Positions 17,601 through 24,918 of a stretch of 35,511 nt of DNA are shown here, piece after piece. Origin of the DNA: a virus (taxonomy: Duplodnaviria > Heunggongvirae > Uroviricota > Caudoviricetes); the IMG/VR virus record IMGVR_UViG_3300012942_000033, positions 1 to 35,511 of that record, one strand, 5' to 3'. Below the pieces are notes generated by a model. That model searched no databases. It was not told where the DNA came from and saw only the letters and a list, made by a program, of their open reading frames with translations. Position 1 is the first letter of the stretch. Every line of letters starts with the position of its first letter. Made by a program: the position numbers and the translations under genes.

Positions 17601-18292
17601 GTGTGGATGACATGTATGAGCAGAATATGGAATTCATGAGCGAATTCGCTTCTTTGTTAGCAGGTGAGTTGCAGGTAAGGCTTCGTGAGCTAGGATACAG
17701 CGACCTCGAAATCACCCATGCGGGTGTGGCTGAGGCCTATCACTTTGGAATCCGTTCTGGTAAGTTCACTGACTATCTGGAGCTCAATGGTGTCGAGGAT
17801 GTTGAGGTTGAAGTCTCCTATTACATGGATGATGACATTCCAATGATTGAAGAGGTCACTGTTAAGCAGACCGGTGAAGCTATTGATCCTGATAGTCTAC
17901 CAGAGAAGGTTCGTCATGAGATGATGAATAAGGCCTTGGAGACTGAAGGAGAGGATGCCGCCGCCGAACAAGATGCCGCATATGATCGTTACCGCGATGA
18001 CATGATGGATCGTAAGCTATATGGTGAGGGTGATGTTCTTGGTGGTGATAAGAGCAAGAACTTGATCAACGATATCAAGGTTCATCATGATGATGATGGC
18101 GAGGATCTAAGCCAGAAGAGCGTTGATGAGCTCAAGCAGGAGATTCGAGATTCTTGGAGAGGTCGTGGAACACTCCAGGGTATTGAATATGCTGACGCCC
18201 GCCGTGCCGAACTTAAGAAGCGTGGTGTGGTGGAAGCCAATGAGAGTGATGAACTCCAAAGCATCCTAAAGAACGCACGATTCCGTAAGTAA
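14690..18292 (+). CDS. Large head/prohead-core-like modular protein, 1200 aa
   Basis: N-terminal domain 'STKTSYQ...RFKFP..HLSGGRAFARH..QGG' recalled from jumbo-phage proteins next to terL; C-terminal modules separated by (L/I/V)xE sites; two SH3/KOW-like modules. Confidence 0.7.
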   Translation: MSSLFDSLSEELFQVLKGSGKTLTLYGSDGNKTYDPGTARRMFATPGNMMVSVVEAGSDSEVKLYLSASADIRAISGLINTIRQITTRYNVMFNVRKYGRELQPKDFAYQTVGVSEANMWGSTKTSYQRIGSSKLIVRHCAPIREGVIGARGRNILSMFVETAEGERFKFPVTHLSGGRAFARHMAQGGKPHDVIGTQIVELAQESLQLAQTNRYIRYCRNILDESASALRPILKDRILEIRKAFQSLSGPRGYTRVLEAGLPTKALLTEDEAIESEIARLQTLLQIDSNHSLAEALKPVALLTMGEQMTNMNNLFQGVIALGEDTADSLVETLADEYGHDISGVTRFGNHLAFNEDVMFEDARSYLDLIEAAYTLNENDAVLDYATAWTQARYRASGETGAMDRDQEKSVDELADGLRDILSGNIEMPEYPFGQEPKFRDESAAIRFFLDLYVSQHKLANPATLNYVSTIIDKMAEGQKLDGAEKTIAKKLYTALEDHVDANMPDVDESVIDEAGPYDDKEGWDMDHQYFKDNPDKAFDMEVEHIVDNFDIDAWLADEYPVVMNGDEKDVPLDADEMKQSLARSIAHEMGQMDYNVKPEQFSHEADQLFKHIRKECEDRGYHFQDTVQEFAEWEEKPEHHGLSAGDHVASDMGPAVVVSVEGDLAVVEFLHGGTKTLHVDDLDKVPALGGVAEENELAEWFDSFSPRAVLERNAIMDGWENGLPTQEKKTVAGFDDNIKKGDRVTHPKYGAGKVVDDNGKFVKVEFDKSHPRLPEYRTITVQPGTLTKAGGTRIGKPIDEAKVPVYHSVFSQNDDGTWGHHFDADDAQDAKDEERWLKNGGTKAMTIKVPKEQADWTKVDPNEFVKNHLAAKAKPQVAEDDLNELSKEKVTDYFGRAASDRARAEKTGHTRLSHRDRGLGRAFKKMHESILAEGVELPAGALDKIFSELRDLADKALADPEAYRLSEPVGVDDMYEQNMEFMSEFASLLAGELQVRLRELGYSDLEITHAGVAEAYHFGIRSGKFTDYLELNGVEDVEVEVSYYMDDDIPMIEEVTVKQTGEAIDPDSLPEKVRHEMMNKALETEGEDAAAEQDAAYDRYRDDMMDRKLYGEGDVLGGDKSKNLINDIKVHHDDDGEDLSQKSVDELKQEIRDSWRGRGTLQGIEYADARRAELKKRGVVEANESDELQSILKNARFRK

Positions 18293-18298
18293 TACCTA

Positions 18299-18339
18299 AT
18301 GGTCGGTTGAGTGGTCTCTGGTTCTTCTCAACCGACCAT
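18299..18339 (+). terminator. 13-bp hairpin after the 1200-aa gene
   Basis: ATGGTCGGTTGAG-N15-CTCAACCGACCAT. Confidence 0.55.
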
Positions 18340-18444
18340 CAAATAGTTCTTCTAGTTCGACCATTGGTTTGATCACTATTTCGTCTTCTAGTTTAGACCA
18401 GAAGTTCATTCTACTAATTGACTAAGTAGTCTGTATGAATGTAG

Positions 18445-18483
18445 AAAGAGGTGTGGCTTTGCGTTGCACCTCTTTTTATTTTT
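18445..18483 (+). terminator. Intrinsic terminator
   Basis: AAAGAGGTG...CACCTCTTT stem followed by TTATTTTT. Confidence 0.7.
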
Positions 18484-18511
18484 GACATAACTAGAGCCTC
18501 ACCTGTATTTG
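18482..18511 (+). promoter_or_regulatory. Candidate promoter TTGACA-N18-TATTTG
   Basis: Directly after the terminator, upstream of ORF 18559; -10 lies in the loop of a GCCT-CACC/GGTG-AGGC repeat. Confidence 0.5.
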
Positions 18512-18558
18512 TGGTGAATAGGCCACTTGGCCCATACATTCATACAACAGGAGGCTTT

Positions 18559-18798
18559 ATGGCTACACTTCAATCTATCCACGGTGACTTTGCTGTCGTT
18601 GATCTCGGACGCTCTGACAAGATGTGGGGTTCAGTTTACCTCACCCAGCAGGGTTATGTTACCAAATATAAAGTCATTGGCCTACATCATACCGCTGAGG
18701 AGGCTGGATTGACCACCATAGCCATAGCCCACGTGGTCAAGATACTCGGTAAGCAGAGCGTGGTGTCGATGATCCACGGAGTGGAATACACCATCTAA
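18559..18798 (+). CDS. Hypothetical protein, 79 aa
   Basis: SD AGGAGG (18549-54) before ATG 18559; the upstream GTG start in the ORF track overlaps a terminator. Confidence 0.75.
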   Translation: MATLQSIHGDFAVVDLGRSDKMWGSVYLTQQGYVTKYKVIGLHHTAEEAGLTTIAIAHVVKILGKQSVVSMIHGVEYTI

Positions 18799-18799
18799 G

Positions 18800-19399
18800 A
18801 TGTTCTATGTCTATGCCCTTACTGATCCTCGCAAGGATAATGAACCTTTCTATATTGGTAAGGGCGTAAACAAACGAGCTAAGCAACATTTCTATCCTAG
18901 TAACCAGAAAAAGCGTTCTTTTAAGAATGCGGTGATCAAGGCTATAAAGGCCGAAGGATTCGAACCTGGTCTAACCTATCTCTTTGAAAACCTGTCTGAG
19001 GAAGATGCACTCGCCAAAGAAATAGAACTTATCAAGAAATATGGTCGACGAGATAAAGGAACAGGAATTCTGGCTAACCAGACTGATGGAGGTGACGGCA
19101 CCTCCGGAAATCTATCAAACATAGGTAGAAAGCATAGTGACGCGACTCGCCGAAAGATGTCAAAATCGCATTTAGGTATTCGAAAAGGTTTAACTGGGCG
19201 TAAGAAAACAGATGAAGAGCGTCTAAAAATTTCAGAATCCATGTTAGGTAAACCAGGTCGTAATCTTGGATACCGTTGGACCGAAGAGCAAAAACAGGCC
19301 TTATCTGAACGACGTATGGGGCAGAAATGCCCAACCGAAGGTAAGAAGCGTGTCTATAGAGAAGATGGTAGTTTCTATTTTTCTTCACCAGAAAGTTGA
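18800..19399 (+). CDS. GIY-YIG homing endonuclease with NUMOD3-like repeats, 199 aa
   Basis: 'FYVYALTDPR...FYIGKG..KR', 'E..ALAKEIELI..YGR', 'LANQTDGGDG'; repeats 'HSDATRRKMSKS', 'TDEERLKISES', 'TEEQKQALSE'. Confidence 0.9.
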   Translation: MFYVYALTDPRKDNEPFYIGKGVNKRAKQHFYPSNQKKRSFKNAVIKAIKAEGFEPGLTYLFENLSEEDALAKEIELIKKYGRRDKGTGILANQTDGGDGTSGNLSNIGRKHSDATRRKMSKSHLGIRKGLTGRKKTDEERLKISESMLGKPGRNLGYRWTEEQKQALSERRMGQKCPTEGKKRVYREDGSFYFSSPES

Positions 19400-19440
19400 A
19401 ATAGGTGATTTCAATTTTGCTCTTTCTGATAACCTGGTTG

Positions 19441-19448
19441 TATAAATA
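19441..19448 (+). promoter_or_regulatory. Exact T4 late consensus TATAAATA upstream of gp32
   Basis: Exact octamer 90 nt before ATG 19539. Confidence 0.6.
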
Positions 19449-19538
19449 GAGAGTGGCAAGAGCGGGAATGCTCTTGGTCACTTGGCACAATAATGGCTCA
19501 TATAATAGCCCAATAAAGATAAGAAGGGACCAACCCAA

Positions 19539-20552
19539 ATGGCTACTCTTGACGAAATCAGAGCAAAATTACTTTCACAGCAGACCAAGTCGGAAGGCAA
19601 TCGGTCGGGCGGCGATAATTCCATGTATCCGTTCTGGAACACACCTGAAGGCGGTCAGACACTGATCCGCTTCCTTCCAGACGGTGACCCCAACAACACA
19701 TTTTTCTGGGCCGAGCGTCTAGTCATCAAGCTACCCTTCCAGGGTATCAAGGGTGAGCATGACCGTGAGGTTCTGGTTCAGGTGCCCTGCATGGAAATGT
19801 ATGGTGAAACCTGTCCAATTCTAGCAGAAACCCGCCCTTGGTGGAAGGATGATTCTCTTCAGCCAATGGCCCGCAAGTATTGGAAGAAGAAGTCTTACCT
19901 CTTCCAGGGCTTTGTGGTTCAGAGTGGTTTCGAGGAGAAGGAAACTCCTGAGAATCCAATCCGCCGCTTCATGATCAACCCAAGTATCTTCGAAATCATC
20001 AAGGGTTCTCTGATGAATCCTGAGATGGAAGACCTACCAACCGATTATGTCGCTGGTCGTGATTTCAAGTTGGTCAAGACTTCGAAGGGTGGATATGCCA
20101 ACTACTCCACCAGCAACTGGTCGTTCAAGACCCGTTCGCTGAGCCCTGATGAGGCGCAGGCTATTGAGACTCATGGTCTGAATAACCTAAAGGATTACCT
20201 ACCTGCCAAGCCAACGGCTGAGCAGCTTGAGGCAATCAAGGAGATGTTCCAGGCATCCGTGAATGATGAGGCTTATGATCCTGCGCGTTGGTCGCAGTTC
20301 TACAAGCCATCGGGTGGCAATTGGAATAACTCCAATACCGCTTCGGCTCCTGCGTCGACTCCTGCTCCGGCGGCCTCGACTCCAACTGCTGATCCGTTCG
20401 CTGCCCTACAGCGCGCGACTCAAGCGGCACCGCAGGTCGAAGAGACTGTGGCACCTGCACCAGTAGCGGCACCTACCCGCCCAGCAGGTACTCCTGATGC
20501 GAATGAGATCCTCCGTCGCATTAAGGAGAAGCAGGCCGGCCTAAACGGCTAA
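19539..20552 (+). CDS. gp32: Single-stranded DNA-binding protein (gp32-like), 337 aa
   Basis: 'MATLDEIRAKL', 'YPFWN', 'IRFLPDGD', 'VQVPCMEMYGETCP', 'YWKKKSY', 'GRDFKLVKT..GGYANYSTS'; Ala/Pro linker and C-terminal helix. Confidence 0.92.
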   Translation: MATLDEIRAKLLSQQTKSEGNRSGGDNSMYPFWNTPEGGQTLIRFLPDGDPNNTFFWAERLVIKLPFQGIKGEHDREVLVQVPCMEMYGETCPILAETRPWWKDDSLQPMARKYWKKKSYLFQGFVVQSGFEEKETPENPIRRFMINPSIFEIIKGSLMNPEMEDLPTDYVAGRDFKLVKTSKGGYANYSTSNWSFKTRSLSPDEAQAIETHGLNNLKDYLPAKPTAEQLEAIKEMFQASVNDEAYDPARWSQFYKPSGGNWNNSNTASAPASTPAPAASTPTADPFAALQRATQAAPQVEETVAPAPVAAPTRPAGTPDANEILRRIKEKQAGLNG

Positions 20553-20556
20553 ACAA

Positions 20557-20590
20557 TGATGGGGTGGCTGGCTCCTTAGCCACCCCATTA
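20557..20590 (+). terminator. 13-bp hairpin after gp32
   Basis: TGATGGGGTGGCT-ggctcctt-AGCCACCCCATTA. Confidence 0.6.
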
Positions 20591-20711
20591 CTCTCCTAGA
20601 AGATCGTCCTGGTGGCCGCAATAAGCGGGCGTGTCATGTCGCGCGGCTCGGAGGATGCCTTTGAAATAGAAGGCAATGACACTTTGGCTCAAATAGAAAG
20701 AGAACAAAACC

Positions 20712-21818
20712 ATGAGACCAGTAGACCTCTCCAAATTTCGCAAAGATATCACCAAAGGCCTGGATGGTATTTCGGTTGGCTTCAACGATCCAAAGTATTG
20801 GATCTCCACAGGTAGTTACGCCCTCAACTATGCTGTGAGTGGTGATTTCACTAGGGGTATTCCACTTGGTAAGGTCACCATGTTTGCTGGCCAGTCGGGT
20901 TCCGGCAAATCCTACCTGGCTTCAGGCAACCTAGTCAAGAACGCACAGGATCAGGGCTACTTTGTAGTGCTAATTGATTCCGAGAACGCACTTGATTCGG
21001 ATTGGTTGACCGCACTAGACGTTGATGTCAGCGAAGACAAGCTGCTGAAGATCAATGCTGCGATGATTGATGATGTGGCGAAGATCATCAGTGACTTCAT
21101 GAAGAACTTCAAGGCAACCTACTCTGGTGTTCCACGTGAGGATCGCCCAAAGGTTCTCTTCGTTGTTGATTCGCTGGGTATGCTCCTGACGCCAACTGAT
21201 GTGAATCAGTTCGAAGCTGGTGAGATGAAGGGTGATATGGGCCGTAAGCCTAAGGCTCTGAATGCGCTGGTGCGTAACTGTGTGAATATGTTTGGTGAGT
21301 GGGACGTTGGTCTAGTTTGTACCAACCACAGCTACGCAAGCCAGGATATGTTCGACCCCGATGACAAGATTACCGGTGGTCAGGGCTTCATCTACGCTTC
21401 CTCGATTGTGCTCGCTATGCGCAAGCTCAAGCTGAAGGAAGACGAGGATGGTAACAAGACGTCAACGGTTCAGGGCATCCGGTCTCAGATCAAGATCATG
21501 AAGACCAGATATAACAAGCCCTTCGAGACGGTTGAGTTGAAGATTCCTTGGGATAGTGGTCTAGATCCATATTCAGGTCTTCTGGATATGTTTGAAGCAA
21601 AGCAGCTATTCGTCAAGGAAGGTAACAAACTGAAGTACACGGCTCTGGATGGCACCGAGCATAAGTATTTCCGCAAGCAAATTGGCCACGACTTGCTAGA
21701 CCTGGTGATGCTCGAGTTTCCTACTCATATGGAGCGTCGCGAGGCAGCTGAAGCGGCTGCCAAGGCGGAAGAGCTTGCCCGGATGGCCGCCGAGGATGCC
21801 GCAGAAACAGATGAGTAA
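20712..21818 (+). CDS. uvsX: RecA-like recombinase UvsX, 368 aa
   Basis: 'ISTGSYALN', Walker A 'GQSGSGKS', 'IDSENA', 'VVDSLG', 'TNH.Y', 'GGQGFIYASS', 'KTRY.KPF'. Confidence 0.95.
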   Translation: MRPVDLSKFRKDITKGLDGISVGFNDPKYWISTGSYALNYAVSGDFTRGIPLGKVTMFAGQSGSGKSYLASGNLVKNAQDQGYFVVLIDSENALDSDWLTALDVDVSEDKLLKINAAMIDDVAKIISDFMKNFKATYSGVPREDRPKVLFVVDSLGMLLTPTDVNQFEAGEMKGDMGRKPKALNALVRNCVNMFGEWDVGLVCTNHSYASQDMFDPDDKITGGQGFIYASSIVLAMRKLKLKEDEDGNKTSTVQGIRSQIKIMKTRYNKPFETVELKIPWDSGLDPYSGLLDMFEAKQLFVKEGNKLKYTALDGTEHKYFRKQIGHDLLDLVMLEFPTHMERREAAEAAAKAEELARMAAEDAAETDE

Positions 21819-21820
21819 GA

Positions 21821-22057
21821 ATGAGTAGCGAAAGCAAACTAGTAGTTGAACTTTGGGATTACTTTAGGGACCTTATTGGTTCCAACAAGAGAGTAGAAGC
21901 CGCAACCCATCTCCTGAGATTATTCGAGGAATATGGAATAGACGTTCAGCCCACCGAGATTGAAGGCGAATGCGAATATCTCGATGAGGCCATCCTAGCT
22001 CTTAGCGATGCTGATGAGGATGAAGATGACGATTATGGCTTCGAAGAGGGTGACTGA
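21821..22057 (+). CDS. Small acidic hypothetical protein, 78 aa
   Basis: Tightly packed after uvsX; acidic C-terminus. Confidence 0.75.
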   Translation: MSSESKLVVELWDYFRDLIGSNKRVEAATHLLRLFEEYGIDVQPTEIEGECEYLDEAILALSDADEDEDDDYGFEEGD

Positions 22058-22067
22058 ATATTGATAA

Positions 22068-22099
22068 GGTAGCACTTGACCAGTTAGGTCAGTGCTACC
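22068..22099. promoter_or_regulatory. Inverted repeat containing TTGACC upstream of uvsY
   Basis: GGTAGCAC-t-TGACC-agtta-GGTCA-GTGCTACC. Confidence 0.45.
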
Positions 22100-22115
22100 A
22101 ATCAAAGGAAGACTG

Positions 22116-22601
22116 ATGAGTAAATGGTACAGTAGAGTCACGGCCAACCCCGCTGATTATACACCTCTAGTAGATGCTATCGTGTATTTCGAGACTGAAC
22201 TTGAAGAGGCCAAATTTGAGACTAAGCTCAAAGGAAGCCTCGAGAAGGCAAGCGCTCGCCTGCCAGGTATCACAGCTCATCGGTTTGGTCAGCTACAGGA
22301 AGTTGAAGCCATCCTGAAGTACCTTCAGATCCGTATGGATGAGGTCAAAGGAGCGGCTTTCAAGAAATACCTCGAGCATTACCAGAAGGCCCTCAGTTCG
22401 AGGGATGCTGAAAAGTATGCTGATGCTGATCAGAAGGTTATTGAGATAGCCCTGCTGATCAATCAGATTGCTTTGGTTCGCAATCAGTATCTAGCAATCA
22501 TGAAGGGGTTGGATGCCAAGAACTGGCAAATTTCGAATCTAACCCGATTGAAAGCCGCCGGTTTCGAGGATTATTCAGTAGACGATAACCCCACCCGATA
22601 G
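22116..22601 (+). CDS. uvsY: Recombination mediator UvsY-like protein, 161 aa
   Basis: Helical, after uvsX; 'RFGQLQEVEAIL', 'YLEHY.KALSSRDAEKY', 'KGLDAKNWQI.N..RL'; SD AAGGAAG before ATG 22116. Confidence 0.75.
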   Translation: MSKWYSRVTANPADYTPLVDAIVYFETELEEAKFETKLKGSLEKASARLPGITAHRFGQLQEVEAILKYLQIRMDEVKGAAFKKYLEHYQKALSSRDAEKYADADQKVIEIALLINQIALVRNQYLAIMKGLDAKNWQISNLTRLKAAGFEDYSVDDNPTR

Positions 22602-22602
22602 A

Positions 22603-22657
22603 TGATCCACAAAGTTATCCACAGGCGGGTCTTTTGGCCCGCCTGTGTTGTGAATGA
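22603..22657. repeat. Cluster of DnaA-box-like 9-mers
   Basis: TGATCCACA (22603-11), perfect TTATCCACA (22615-23), TCATTCACA on - strand (22649-57). Confidence 0.45.
22620..22647 (+). terminator. 12-bp hairpin after uvsY
   Basis: CACAGGCGGGTC-tttt-GGCCCGCCTGTG. Confidence 0.6.
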
Positions 22658-22670
22658 GCGATATTTGGCG

Positions 22671-22698
22671 TTGACACATCTGATAAAACGCTTAAACT
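22671..22698 (+). promoter_or_regulatory. Candidate promoter TTGACA-N16-TAAACT
   Basis: Perfect -35 and TAnnnT -10, upstream of SD GGAG and ATG 22735. Confidence 0.55.
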
Positions 22699-22734
22699 GG
22701 ACCACAAGATACGCTGTTGAGATCGGAGTAAAGC

Positions 22735-23913
22735 ATGAAGGTTTTCGTTCGCCGTGGTGACTGGTCAGGCCAAGTCATTTCCGGTAAGACCTTCGAACTT
22801 TTCAAAGCCTTGTCGATGGGTCAGAAAGGCCCATTCATTACTGTGATCGGCACAGGGGTAAATCAGGATAACGGTCGGCCATTCCCCCAGCGCAATTTCC
22901 GGATCGGCATCAAGGATCCGGATGATTTTGAGCTGGAGGATAAGAACGCTGATATCTTTGCTCCTCGAATGAGGACGATTTTCAGTGGCGCTCCTGACCC
23001 CTCATTGCGAAAGTTCGTGCCAGGGGATGCCGTAATCGGCAAGATCGAGGCAGCTAGTCATATAAATGCTAGGTCTGATGAGACTGATGAGCAGATCAAA
23101 GAGCGCATCAGTGAGCGGTTCACCATCCTACAGAACCTGACCGCCGATATTGCGCGAGGCAACATTAAGGGTCTTGTGGTTAGCGGCGCATCAGGCGTGG
23201 GTAAGAGCTTTGAAGTCGAAGCGGCCCTTAATAGGGATTCGCTCCTTGACAAGTTGAGCTTCAACGCTGATGCTTCCGATCAGAATACTCGGCGTATTGG
23301 TCAGGGTGGTTCTTTCAAAGCTCGCTACAATATCGTCAAGGGTTATAGCACCGCTCCTGCGCTCTACATGACGCTCTATGAATACAGCGAATCCAGGGAG
23401 ACCCTGGTCTTTGATGACTGTGACAGCGTCTTGGGCGATGAAACCTCGCTCAACATCCTCAAAGCGGCCCTCGATACCTCGGGTAAGCGACTGATTAGCT
23501 GGCGTAGTCAGAGTCGTAATGGCACTGATGCGCCCAATCAGTTCGAGTTCAAGGGTAGCGTGATCTTCATCACGAATATCAACTTCGAGAAGATCGTCGA
23601 AAAGGGTACCGCTCGGTTGGCCCCGCACCTCGAGGCCATCATGTCTCGATGCTTGTATCTGGATCTGACCATTGATACGGTTCGCGAAAAGCTCGTTCGG
23701 ATCGAGCATGTCGCTCGCGATTTGCGAATGCTGGAGCGCGAGTTCAAGTTGGAACCCAACGAGATCGAAGAGGTTCTTACCTGGACCCACAAACATGCCC
23801 GTAGATTCCGTGAGCTTAGTCTGCGCAAGGTCGGTCAGTTGGCCTCGCTCCGCAAGAGCTCACACCTTGACTGGGAGAGGGTCGCGCAAGTCACCCTGTT
23901 GAGGCAGCGATGA
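22735..23913 (+). CDS. P-loop AAA+-type ATPase conserved in large phages, 392 aa
   Basis: Walker A 'GASGVGKS', Walker B 'LVFDDCD', 'LNILKAALD', 'FEFKGSVIFITN', 'AIMSR'. Confidence 0.85.
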   Translation: MKVFVRRGDWSGQVISGKTFELFKALSMGQKGPFITVIGTGVNQDNGRPFPQRNFRIGIKDPDDFELEDKNADIFAPRMRTIFSGAPDPSLRKFVPGDAVIGKIEAASHINARSDETDEQIKERISERFTILQNLTADIARGNIKGLVVSGASGVGKSFEVEAALNRDSLLDKLSFNADASDQNTRRIGQGGSFKARYNIVKGYSTAPALYMTLYEYSESRETLVFDDCDSVLGDETSLNILKAALDTSGKRLISWRSQSRNGTDAPNQFEFKGSVIFITNINFEKIVEKGTARLAPHLEAIMSRCLYLDLTIDTVREKLVRIEHVARDLRMLEREFKLEPNEIEEVLTWTHKHARRFRELSLRKVGQLASLRKSSHLDWERVAQVTLLRQR

Positions 23914-24287
23914 GGTTTGCTGATCATAACCACGCGGTAGATGCTTTCCCCAAAGAGGATGAACTCAGCTTCTTCATGGATCTTGGTAGCATCTTTTCAG
24001 GTGCCGAGAACTCCGCTGATGAAATCGAGAAGGTCTTGAGCTGGCTCATTCATAATTGCCAACACAGATGGCAATGGATTGTGAATGAATCGGTGATCTA
24101 CCGTGCTGATGATAATGGTAAGACTACCTTACCTGACGGCTCCAGGGTCTCCGTTAGCGATATGCGGAGACGCCTATGGATCAATTTTGATTCTCGTGAC
24201 GATGCCATGCTATCTCGGATCACATTGGTTGATCTGAGGAACGCTCGCTATGCTAACTGTGGAATCCTGTCTTCGAGCATTAGCTAG
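23910..24287 (+). CDS. Hypothetical protein ('F...DAML' paralogue family), 125 aa
   Basis: ATGA overlap with ATPase; C-terminal 'WINFDSRDDAML'. Confidence 0.7.
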   Translation: MRFADHNHAVDAFPKEDELSFFMDLGSIFSGAENSADEIEKVLSWLIHNCQHRWQWIVNESVIYRADDNGKTTLPDGSRVSVSDMRRRLWINFDSRDDAMLSRITLVDLRNARYANCGILSSSIS

Positions 24288-24918
24288 AATCACAGATAGC
24301 CCACCATGTGACCGATCGGGTCACACCTATGCGATTACAAACTCCTGGGATCATCGGTTCATCAACGATGTCTGGTCGTATGTTGATCAGGGTCAGGCAA
24401 TCAGCACATCACAGAGCGATATCGTGTTGAAGCTGGTTCAGAAATACCGAGATCATTTGATAGAATCGGGTATCAGCGAGAGCAATCTAGATGGATTGCT
24501 GACTCTTCCAGTCTATGAAAAGACGCCTTATCAGAGCACCAAACTTCTTAGAGAAGTTCGCTATGCCGGCGATAACAAGTTGGTCTTCAGGTGTAAATTC
24601 AACGCTGGTATCATCGAGGATATCAAGAAACTCAAGGGTTCAAATCACTTCCAATGTCAGGTCTACCCTTTGTTCCTACGCGATTCTAAGTTGTGGGTCG
24701 TTGATATCAATTCGGGGAATTGGGAAAGGGCCATGGATATCATCAAGCGCCATAATTTTGGATTTGATGACCAGGTTGCCAACTACTTCCTTGAAGTTTC
24801 GAACGCCCTTAACGGAACAAGCGCTATTGAGGTTGAAGACACTGTGATTCACATCACAGTTAGGAACGATGACTTTCTGGATAGTTGGGTTAACGGATTG
24901 GTGAAGTTGGAATCGTAA
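24250..24918 (+). CDS. Hypothetical protein with HARP-like domain, 222 aa
   Basis: 'LVFRCKFNAGIIEDIKKL...LWVVD' resembles the HARP pattern; coupled (TAATG) to the SNF2-like gene. Confidence 0.55.
   Translation: MLTVESCLRALARITDSPPCDRSGHTYAITNSWDHRFINDVWSYVDQGQAISTSQSDIVLKLVQKYRDHLIESGISESNLDGLLTLPVYEKTPYQSTKLLREVRYAGDNKLVFRCKFNAGIIEDIKKLKGSNHFQCQVYPLFLRDSKLWVVDINSGNWERAMDIIKRHNFGFDDQVANYFLEVSNALNGTSAIEVEDTVIHITVRNDDFLDSWVNGLVKLES

Noticed and set aside
19453-20815. Small ORFs 19453-19665 and 20612-20815
   Set aside because: They overlap gp32 and uvsX out of frame and coincide with structured leaders
23191-23796. 201-aa minus-strand ORF (also 4473-4892, 16175-16633, 34613-35002 and similar)
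   Set aside because: Shadow frames antisense to well-supported genes, with no RBS or recognisable motifs
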